This document shows positions 27,507-39,100 of a DNA stretch of 64,000 nt, in pieces. The first letter of the stretch is position 1. Every line of letters begins with the position of its first letter. Source of the stretch: the human T2T-CHM13v2.0 reference genome, Homo sapiens; assembly GCF_009914755.1 (NCBI RefSeq), contig NC_060943.1. One strand, 5' to 3'. The translations under genes and the position numbers were made by a program. Below the pieces are notes generated by a model, which saw only the letters and a program-made list of their open reading frames with translations, ran no database searches and was not told the DNA's origin.

Positions 27507-29163
27507 ATCTTTCTTTTGATAGAGCAGTTTTGAAACGCTTCTTTTGTAGAATCTGCTTGTGGATATTTGGAGCTCTTTTAGGATTTCGTTGTAAACGGGA
27601 TATCTTTGCATACAATCTAGTCAAAAGGATTCTCAGAAACTGCTTTGTGATGTGTGCATTCAACTCACAGACTTGAACCTTTCTTTTGATAGAGCAGTGT
27701 TGAAACACACTTTTTGTAGAATCTGCATGTGTTCATTTGGAGCGCTTTGTTGCCAGTGGTGGAAAAAGAAATATCTTCATATAAAAACTAGATAGAAGCA
27801 TTTGCAGAAACCCCTTTGTGATGTGTGTGTTCAATTCACAGAGTTTAACCTTTCTTTATATAGAGCAGTTTTGAAACACTGCTTTTGTAGAATCTGCTTG
27901 TGGATATTTGGAGCTATTTGTGGAATTCGTTGTAAAAGGGATATCTTCACATACAAACCAGACAGAAGCATTCTCAGAAACTGCTTTGTGATGTGTGCAT
28001 TCAATGCACAGATTTGAACCTCCCCTTGGTGAGATCATGTTGGAAACAGTCTTTTTGTACTATCTGCAAGTGGATATTTGGAGCGATTTAAGGCCAAAGA
28101 TGGAAAAGGAAATATCTTCACATACAAACTAGACAGAAACATTCTCAGAAACTGCTTTGTGATGTGTGCATTCAACTCACTGACTTGAACATTTCTTTTG
28201 ATAGAGCAGTGTTGAAACACACTTTTTGTAGACTGTGCAAGTGTTCATTTGGAGCGCTTTGTTGTCTACTGTTGAAAAAGGAATATCCTCACGTAAAAAC
28301 AAGACAGAAGCATTCTCAGAAACTACTTTTTGATGAGTGTTTTCAATTCACAGGGTTGAAACTTTCTTTAGATAGAGCAGTTTTGAAACAATGCTCTTGT
28401 AGGATCTGCTTGTGGATATTTGTAGCTCTTTGAGGAATTCATTGTAAACAGGATATCTTCACATACAAAGTAGACAGAAGCATTCTCAGAAACTGCTTTG
28501 TGATGTGTGCATTCAACTCACAGGGTTGAACCTTCCTTGTGAGAGAGTAGTTTTGAAACAGTGTTTTTGTAGTATCTGCAAGTGGATATTTGGAGAGATT
28601 TGAGGACTAAGATGGAAAAGGAAATATCTTCACATACAAACTATACAGAAGCATTGTAAGAAACTGCTTTGTGATGTGTGCATTCAACTCACAGGGTTGC
28701 ACCTTCCTTTTGAGAGTGCAGTTTTGAAACAGTCTTTTTGAAGTATCAGCAAGAGGATAATAGGAGAGATTTGAGGCCTATGATGGAAAAGGAAATATCT
28801 TCACATAAAAAGTAGACGGAAGCATTCTCAGAAACAGCTTTGTGATGTGTGCATTCACCTCACAGATTGGAACCGTTCTTTTGATAGAGCAGTTTTGAGA
28901 TAGTCTTGTTGTAGGATCTGCAAGTGTATATTTGGAGGGATTAGAGGCCTAAGATGGAAAAGGACATATCTTCACATAGAAACTACACAGGAGCATTCTC
29001 AGAAACTGCTTTGTGATGTGTACATTCAACTCACTGACTTGAACCTTTCTTTTGATAGAGCAGTGTTGAAACACACTTTTTGTAGAATCTGCAAGTGTTC
29101 ACTTTGAGCGCCTTGTTGCCTATGGTGGAAAACGAAATATCTCCACATAAAAACTAGACAGAA

Positions 29164-29874
29164 ACTTACACATCTGACAAAGGGCTAATATCCAGAATCT
29201 ACAATGAACTCAAACAAATTTACAAGAAAAAAACAAACAGCCCCATTCAAAAGTGGGCAAAGGACATGAACAGACACTTCTCCAAAGAAGACATTTGTGC
29301 AGCCAAAAAACACATGAAAAAATGCTCATCATCACTCACCATCAGAGAAATGCCTATCAAAACCACAATGAGATACCATCTCACAGCAGTTAGAATGCTG
29401 TGAGAAATCATTAAGAAATCAGGAAACAACAGTTGCTGGAGAGGATGTGGAGAAAGAGGAACACTTTTACACTGTTGGTAGGACTGTAAACTAGTTCAAC
29501 CATTGTGGAAGTCAGTGTGGCGATTCCTCAGGGATCTAGAACTGGAAATCCCATTTGACCCAGCCATCCCATTACTGGGTATATACCCAAAAGACTATAA
29601 ATCATGCTGCTATAAAGACACATGCACACGTATGTTTATTGCGGCACTATTCACGATAGCAAAGACTTGGAACCAACCCAAATGTCCAACAATGATAGAC
29701 TGGATTAAGAAAACGTGGCACATATACAACATGGAATACTATGCAGCCATAAAAAATGATGAGTTCATGTCCTTTGTAGAGACATGGATGAAATTGGAAA
29801 TCATCATTCTCAGTAAACTATCGCAAGAACAAAAAAAGAAACACCGCATATTCTCACTCACAGGTGGGAATTGA
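29164..29874 (+). pseudogene. ORF2: Disrupted L1 ORF2p C-terminal fragment
   Basis: The open part 29503-29874 ([25 protein letters not shown]...GGN*) is ORF2. Upstream there is an indel at ~29398-29405 and a TAG at ~29479. Confidence 0.88.
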
Positions 29875-30100
29875 ACAATGAGATCACATGGACACAGGAA
29901 GGGGAATAACAGACTCTGGGGACTGTTGTGGGGGGGGAGGGGTGAGGGATAGCATAGGGAGATATGTCTAATGCTAGATGACGGGTTAGTGGGTGCAGCG
30001 CACCAGCATGGCACATGTATACATATGTAACTAACCTGCACAATGTGCACATGTACCCTAAATCTTAAAGTCTAATAACAGAAAAAAAAAGAAAAATGTT

Positions 30101-30114
30101 CACACACACACACA
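30101..30114 (+). repeat. (CA)7 microsatellite inside the L1 A-tail
   Basis: cacacacacacaca between two A-rich tracts. Confidence 0.8.
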
Positions 30115-33100
30115 AAAAAAGAACTAGACAGAAGCATTCTCAGAAACTTATTTGTGATGTGTGTGTTCAATTCACATAGTTGAACCTTTCTTTTGATAGA
30201 GCAGTTTTGAAACACTGCTTTTGTAGTATCTGCTTGTGGATATATGGAGCTCTTTAAGGAATTCGTTGTAAACGAGTTATCTTCACATACAAGCTAGACA
30301 GAAGCATTCTCAGAAACTGCTTTTGATGTGTGCTTTCAACTCACAGAGTTTAAACTTCCTTTTGAGAGAGCAGTTTTGAAACAGTCTTTTTGTAGTATCT
30401 GCAAGTGGATATTTGGAGTGATTTGAAGCCTATGATGGAAAAGGATATATCTTCACATAAAAACTAGACAGAAGCATTCTCAGAAACTGCTTTGTGATGT
30501 GTGCATTCATCTCACAGAGTGGAACCGTTCTTTTGATAGAGCAGTTTTGAAACAGTCTTTTTGTAAGTTCTGCAAGTGTTCATTTGGAGAGCTTTGAAGC
30601 CTATGGTGGAAAAGGAATTTTCTTCACGTAAAATCTAGACAGAAGCATTCTCAGGAACTTCATTGAGATGTGTGCATTCAACTAACAGAGTTGAATCTGT
30701 CTTTTGATAGAAGAGTATTGGAACACTCCTTTTGTAGAATATGCTTGTGGATATTTGGAACTCTTTGAGGAATTCTTTGGAAACTGGTATCTTCACATAA
30801 AAAGTACGCCCAAGCATTCTCAGTAAGAGGTTGTTATGTTTGCAATCATCTCACAGACTTGAACCTTTCTTTTGATAGAGCAGTGTTGAAATGCACTTTT
30901 TGTAGAATCTGCATGTGTTCATTTGGAGCGCTTTGTTGCCAGTGGTGGAAAAAGAAATATCTTCATATAAAAACTAGATAGAAGCATTTGCAGAAACCCC
31001 TTTGTGATGTGTGTGTTCAATTCACAGAGTTTAACCTTTCTTTAGATAGAGCAGTTTTGAAACACTGCCTTTGTAGGATCTGCTTGTGGATATTTGGAGC
31101 TCTTTAAGGAATTCGTTGTAAACGGGATAACTTCACATACAAACTAGACAGAAGCATTCTCAGAAACTGCTTTGTGACGTGTGCATTCAACTCACAGAGT
31201 TGAACCTTCTTTTTGAGAGATCAATTTTGAAACAGTCTGATTGTATTATCTGCAAGTGGATAATTGGAGCGACTTGAGGCCTAAGATGGACAAGGAGATA
31301 GCTTCACATACAAACTAGACAGAAGAATTCTCAGAAACTTCTTTGTGATGTGTGCATTCAACTCATTGTCTAGAACAATTCTTTTGATAGAGCAGTGTTG
31401 AAACAGCCTTCTTGTGGAATCTGCAAGTGTTCATTTGGAGAGCTTTGTTGCCTATTCTGGAAAAAGAAACATCTTCACATAAAAACTAGACAGAAGCATT
31501 CTCAGAGACTCCTTTTTGATATGTGTGTTCCATTCACAGAGTTGAACCATTCTTTTGATAGAGCAGTTTTGAAACACTGTTTTTGTAGCATCTGCTTGTG
31601 GATATTTGAAGCTCTTGGGGAAATCGTTGTAAACGGGATATCTTCACATACAAACTAGACAGAAACATTCACAGAAACTGCTTGGTGATGTGTGCATTCA
31701 ACTCACAGACTTGAGCCTTTCTTTTGATAGAACAGTTTTGGAACACAGATTTTTTTAGAATCTGCAAGTGTTCATTTGGAGTTCTTTGTTGCCTATGTTG
31801 GAAAAAGAATTATATTCATATAAAAACTAGACGGAAGCATTCTCAGAAACTCCTTTGTGATGTGTGTGTTCAATTCATAGAGTTGAAACATTCCTTTCTT
31901 AGAGCAGTTTTGAAACACTGCTTCTGTAGTATCTGCTTGTGTATATTTGGAGCTCTTTGAGGAATTCACTGTAAATGGGATAACTTCAGATATAAACTGG
32001 ACAGAAGCATTGTCAGAAACTGCTTTGTGATTTGTGCATTAAACTCACAGAGTAGCACATTCCTTTTGAAAGAGCCGTTTTGAAACAGTCTTTTGGTAGT
32101 ATCTGCAAGTGTATAATTGGAGCGATTTGAGGCCTAAGATGGAAAAGGCAATATCTTCACATACAAACTAGACAGAAGCATTCTCCGAAAATGCTTTGTG
32201 ATGTGTGCATCCAACCCGCAGAGTTGAAACTTCCTTTTGCGAGAGCATTTTTGAAACAGCCTTTTTGTAGTATCAGCAAGTGGATATTTGGAGCGATTTC
32301 AGGCCTATGATGGAAAAGGAAATATGTTCACATAGGACTAGGCAGAAGCATTCTGAGAAACTGCTTTGTGATGTGTGCATTCACCTCACAGGGTGAAACC
32401 TTTATTTTGAGAGAGCAGATTTGAAACAGTCTTTTTGTAGTATCTGCAAGTGGACATTTGGAGCGATATGAGGCCTATGAGGCAAAAGGAAATGTCTTCA
32501 AGCAAACTAGACAGAGGAATTCTCAGAAACTTCTTTGTGACCTGTGCATTCAACTCACAGAGTTGAACCTTCCTTTTGAGAGAGCAGTTTTGAAACAGTC
32601 TTTTTGTAGTATCGCCAAGTGGATATTTGGAGCGATTTCAGGCCTATGATGCAAAAGTAAATATCTTCACACAAAAACTAGACAGAAGCATTCTGAGAAA
32701 CTGCTTTGTGATGTGTGCATTCACCTCACAGAGTAGAACCGTTCTTTTGATAGAGCAGTTTTGAAACAGTCTTTTTATAGGATCTGCAAGTGTTCATTTG
32801 GAGTGCTTGGAAAAATATGGTGGAAAAGGAAATATCTTCAAATAAAAACTAGACAGAAGCATTATCAGGAACTTCACTGAGAGGTGTGCATTCAAATAAC
32901 TGAGTTGAATCTGTCTTTTTATAGAGCAGTATTGGAACAGTCTTTTGTAGAATCTGCTTGTGGATATTCGGAACTTTTTGAGGAATTTGTTGGAAACGGT
33001 TATCTTCATATAAAAACTATACAGAAGCATTCTCAGAAAGTTCGTTGTGATGAGTGCATTCAAATCACAGAGTTAAACCTTTCTTTTGATAGAGCAGTGT

Positions 33101-36100
33101 TGAAACACACTTTTAGTAGAATCTGCCAATGTTCATTTGGAGTGCTTTGTTGCCTATGGTGGAAAGAGAAATATCTTCACATAAAAACTAGACAGAAGCA
33201 TTCTCAGAAACTCCTTTGTGATGTGTGTGTTCAATTCACAGAGTTGAACTTTTCCTTTGATTGAGCAGTTTTGCAGAACTGCTTTTGTAAAATCTGCTTG
33301 TGGATATTTGCAGCTCTTTGAGGAATTTGTTGTAAACGGGATATCTTCACATTCAAACTACACTGAATCATTCTCAGAAACTGCTTTGTGATGTGTGAAT
33401 TCAACTCACGGAGTTGAACCTTCCTTTTGAGAGAGAAGTTTTGAAACAGTCTTTTTCTAGTATCTGCAAGTGGATAATTGGAGCGAATTGAGTCCTATGA
33501 TGGAAAAGGGGATATCTTCACTTACAAACTAGACAGAAGCATTCTCAGAAACTGCTTTGTGATGTGTGCATTCAACTCACAGAATTGAGACTTCCTTTTG
33601 AGAGAGCAGTTTTGACACAGTCTATTTGTACTATCTGCAAGTGGATATTTGGAGCGATTTGAAGCATATCATGGAAAAGGAAATATCTTCACATACAACG
33701 TAGACAGAAGCATTCTCAGAAACTGTTCTCTGATGTGTGCATTCACCTCACAGAATGCAACCGTTTTTTTGATAGAGCAGATTTGAAACAGTCTTTTTGT
33801 AGGATCTGTAGTGTTCATTTGGAGCACTTTGAAGCCTAAGGTGGAAAATGAAATATTTTCCCGTAAAATCTAGACAAAAGCACTCTACGGAACTTCACTG
33901 AGATGTGTGCATTCAACTAACGGTTGAATCTGTCTTTTGGTAGAGCAGTATTGAAACACTCCTTTTGTAGAATCTCCTTGTGGATACTGGGAAATATTTG
34001 AGGAATTCATTGGAAAGAGGAGTCATCTCACATAAAGTACAACCAAGCATTCTCAGAAAGTTCTTTGTGATGTGCGCATTCAACTCACAGATTTGAATAT
34101 TCCTTTTGAGAGAGCAGTTTTTAGTCAGTGTTTTTGTAGTACCTGCAAGTGGATATTTGGAGCGATTTGAGGCCTAAGATGGAAAAGGAAATATCTTCAC
34201 ATAAAAACTAGACAGAAGCATTCTCAGAAACTGCTTTGTGATGTATACATTCAACTCACAGACTTGAAACTTTCTTTTGATAGACCAGTGTTGAAACACC
34301 CTTTTTGTAGAATCTGCAAGTGTTCATGTGGAGCACTTTGTTGCCTATTGTGGAAAAAGTACATATCTTCACATAAAAACTAGACAGAAGCATTCTCAGA
34401 AACTCCTTTGTGATGTGTGTGTTCAATTCACAGAGTTGAACCTTTCTTTTGGTAGAGCTGTTTTGAAACACATCTTTTGTAGAATCTGCTTATGGATATA
34501 GGAAGCTCTTTCAGGAATTGGTGGTAAAAGGGATATCTTCACATACAAACTAGACAGAAGCATTCTCAGAAACTGCTTTGTGATGTGTGCATTCAACTCA
34601 CAGAGTTGAACATTCCTTTCGAGAGAGCAGTTTGAAACAGTTTTTTTTGTAGTATCTGCAAGTGTATATTTGGGGCTATATGAGGCCTATGATTGAAAAG
34701 GAAATATGTTCACATTAAAACCAGACAGAAGCATTCTCAGAAACAGCTTTGTGATGTGTGCATTCACCTCACAGATTGGATCCGTTCTTTTGATAGAGCA
34801 GTTTTGAAACAGTCTTTTTGTAGGATCTGTAGTGTTCAGTTTGAGCTCTTTGGAGCCTATGGTGGAAAAGGAAATGTCTTCACATACAAACTAGACAGAA
34901 GAATTCTCAGAAACTGCTTTGTGATGTGTGCGTTCCACTCACAGAATTGAACCTTTCATTTCAGAGAGCAGATTTGAAACAGCCTTTTGGTAGTATCTGC
35001 AAGTGTGTATTTGGAGCGCTTTAAGGCCTATTATGGAAAAGGAAATATCTTGAAATGAAAACTAGACAGAAGCATTCTCAGAAACTGCTTTGTGATGAGT
35101 CGATTCACCTCACAGAGTGGAACCGTTCTTTTGATAGAGCAGTTTTGAAACTGTTTTTTTTTTTATCTGTAGTGTTCATTTCGAAATCTTTGAAGCCTGT
35201 TGTGGAAAAGGAAATATCTTCACATAAAATCTAGACAGAAGTATTCTCAGGAACTTCATTGAGATGTGTGCATTCAACGAACAGTGTTGAATCTGTATTT
35301 TGATAGAGCAGTATTGAAACACTCCTTTTGTATAATCTGCTTGTGGATATTTGGAAGTCTTTGAGGAATTCGTTGGAAACGGGTATCTTCACATAAAAAG
35401 GAGACCCAAGCATTCTCAGAAAGTTCTTTTTGATGGGTCATTCAACTCACAGATTTGAGTATTCCTTTTGAGAGAGCAGTTTTGAAACAGTCTTTTTGTA
35501 GTATCTGCAAGTGGATAGTTTTAGCGATGTGAGGCCTAAGATGGAAAAGGAAATATCTACACATACAAACTAAACAGAAGCATTCTCAGAAACTCCTCTG
35601 TGATGTGGGCATTCAACTCACAGACTTGAACCTTTCTTTCGATAGAGGAGTTTTGAAACACACTTTTTGTAGAATCTGCAAGTGTTCATTTGGAGCTCTT
35701 TGTTGTCTATGGTGGAAAAAAGAATATCTTCACATAAAAACTAGACATAAGCATTATCAGAAACTCCTTTCTGATGTGTGTGTTCAATTCACAGAGTTGA
35801 ACCTTTGTTTTGTTAGAGCAGTTTTGAAACACTGCTTTTGTAGAATCTACTTGTGGATATTGGGAGCTCTTTCTGGAATTCGTTGTAAACGGGATATCTT
35901 CACATACAAACTAGACAGAAGCATTCTCAGAAACTACTTTGTGATGTGTGCATTCAACTCACAGAGTTGAGCCTTCCTTTTGAGAGAGCAGTTTTGAAAC
36001 AGTCTTTTTGTAGTATCTGCAAGTGGATATTAGGAGCGATTTGAGGCCTATGATGAAAAAGGAAATATCTTCACATACAACGAGACAGAAGCATTCTCAG

Positions 36101-39100
36101 ACACTGCTTTGTGATGTGTGCATTCAACTCACAGTGTTGAAGCTTCCTTTTGAGAGAGCAGTTTTGAAACAGTCTTTTTGTAGTGGCTGCAAGTGGATAT
36201 TTGGAGCGATTTCAGGCCTGTGATGGAAAAGGAAATATCTTCACATAAAAACTAGACAGAATCATTCTCAGAAACTGCTTTGTGATGTGTGCATTCACCT
36301 CACAGAGTGGAACCGTTCTTTTGATAGATCAGTTTTGAAACAGTCTTTTTGTAGGATCTGCAAGTGTTCATGTGGAGCGCTTTGTAGCCAAAGATGAGAA
36401 CGGAAATATCTTCACGTAAAAACTAGACAGAAGCGTTCTCAGGAACTTCATTGAGATGTGTGCATTCAACTGACAGAGTTGAAACTGTCTTTTGATAGAG
36501 CAGTATTGAAACACTCCGTTTGTAGTATCTGGTTGTGGATATTTGGAACTCTTTGAGGAATTCATTGGAAACCGGTATCTTCACATAAAATATAGACCCA
36601 AGCATTCTCTGAAATTTATTTCTGATGTGTGCATTCAACTAACAGACTTGAACCTTTTCTTTGATAGAGCAGTGATGAAACACACTTTTTGTGGAATCTG
36701 CAAATTTTCATTTCGTGTGCTTTGTTGCCTACTGTGGAAAAAAATATCTTCACATAAAAACTAGACAGAAGCATTCTCAGAAACTCTTTGGATGTGTCTG
36801 TTCAATTCACAGAGTTAAACCTTTCTTTTTATAGAGCAGTTTTGAAACACTACTTTTGTGGAATGTGCTTGTGGAGATTTGGAACTGTGAGAAATTAGTT
36901 GTAAACGAGATATCCTCACATACAAACTAGACAAAAGCATTCTCAGAAACTGCTTTGTGATGTGTGCATTCAAGTCACAGAATTAAATCTTCCTTTTGAG
37001 AGAGGAGTTTTGAAACAGTCTTTTTGTAGAATCTGCAAGTGGATATTTGCAGCGATTTGAGGCCTATGATGGAAAAGGAAATTTCTTCACATAAAAACTA
37101 GACGGAAGCATTCTCAGAAACTTCTATGTGATGTGTGCATTCACCACACAGAGTGGAACCGTTCTTTTGATAGAACAGTTATGAAACAGTCTTTTTGTAG
37201 GATCTGCAAGTGTTAATTTGGAGCGCTTTGAAGCCTATACTGGGAAAGGAAATATCTTCACATAAAAACTAGATAGAAGCATTCTCAGGAACTTCATTGA
37301 GATGTGTGCATTCAACTAACAGAGCTGAATCTGTCTTTTGATAGAGCGGTACTGAAACACTCCTTTTGTAGAATATGCTTGTGGATATTTGGAACTCTTT
37401 GAGGAATTTTTGGAAACAGGTATACTCACATAAAAAGTAGTCCCAAGCATTCTCAGAATGTTCTTCATGATGTGTGCATTCAACTCATTGACTTGAACCT
37501 TTCTTTTGACAGAGCAGTGTTGAAACACACTTTTTGTAGAATATGCAATTGTTCATTTGGAGCGCTTTGTTGCCTCTGGTGGAAAAAGAAATATCTTCAC
37601 ATAAAAACTACACAGAAGTATTCTCAGAAACTCCTTTGTGATGTGTGTGTTCAATTCACAGCGTTGAACCTTTCTTTTGAGAGAGCAGTTTTGAAACAGT
37701 CTTTTTGAAGTATGTGCAAGTGGATATTTGGAGCGATATGAGGCCTATAATGGAAAAGAAAATATCTTCCATACAAACTAGACAGAAGCATTCCCAGGAA
37801 CTGCTTTGTGATGTGTGCATTCACCTCACAGACTTGAACCTTCCTTTTGAGAGTGCAGTGTTGAAACATTCTTTTTGTAGTATCTGCAAGTGGATATTTG
37901 GAGCGATTTGAGGCCTATGATGGAAAAGGAAATAACTTCACATAAAAACTAGACAGAAGCATTCTCAGAAACTGCTTTGTGATGTGTGCATTCATCTCAC
38001 AGTGTGGAACCGTTCTTTAGATACAGCAGTTTTGAAACACTCTTTTTGTAGGACCTGCAAGTGTTCATTTGGAGCGCTTTGAAGTCTATGGTGGAAAAGG
38101 GAATATCTTCTCGTAAAAAATAGACAGAAGCATTTTCAGGAACTTCATTGAGTTGTGTGCATTCTACTAACAGAAGTGAATCTGTCTTTTGATAGAGCAG
38201 TACTGAAACACTCCTTTTGTGGAATCTGCTTGTGGATATTTGGAACTCTTTGAAGAATTCGTTGCAAACGGGTAAATTCACATGCAAAGTAGACAGGAGC
38301 ATTCTCAGAAACTGCTTTGTGATGTGTGCACTCAACTTACAGACTTGCACCTTTCTTTTGATAGAGCAGTGTTGAAACACACTTTTTGTAGTATCTGCAA
38401 ATGTTCATTTGGAGCGCTTTGTTGCCAATGCTGTAAAAAAAATCTTCACATAAAAACTAGACAGAAGCATTCTCAGAAACTCCTTTGTGATGTGTGTGTT
38501 CAGTTCACACAGTTGAACCTTTCTTTTGATAAAGCAGTTTTGAAACACTGCTTTTATAGAATCTGCTTGTGGATATTTTGAGTTCTTTGAGGAATTCATT
38601 GTAAACGCGATATCTTCACATACAAACTAGACAGATGCATTCTCAGAAACTGCTTTGTGATATGTGCATTCAACTCACAGAGAGGAAACTACCTTTTGAG
38701 AGAGCAGTTTTAAAACTGTCTTTTTGTAGTATCTGCAAGTGGATATTTGGAGCACTTTGAGGCCTATGATGGAAAAGGAAATATCTTCACATAAAAACTA
38801 GGCAGAAGCATTCTCAGAAACTGCTTTTTGATGTGTGCATTCAACCCACAGAGTGGAACCGTTCTTTTGATAGAACAGTTTTGAAACAGTGTTTTTGTAG
38901 GACCTGCAAGTGTTCATTTGGAGCGCTTTGAAGCCTATGGTGGAAAAGGAAATATCTTCACATAAAAATTAGGCAGAAGCATTCTCAGGAACTTCATTGA
39001 GATGTGTGCATTCAACTAACTGAGTTGAATCTGTCTTTTGATAGAGCAGTATTGAAACACTCCTTTTGTAGAATCTGCTTGTGGATATTTGGAACTCTTT

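Larger units (their letters stand above)
29164..30121 (+). mobile_element. LINE-1, L1PA2-like, ~0.96 kb, 5'-truncated
   Basis: ORF2 3' end, 3'UTR and A-rich tail. TSD aactagacagaa at 29152-29163 and 30122-30133 (15 bp with one mismatch). Non-Ta 3'UTR (gatgacgggttagtggg; cttaAag). Confidence 0.95.
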
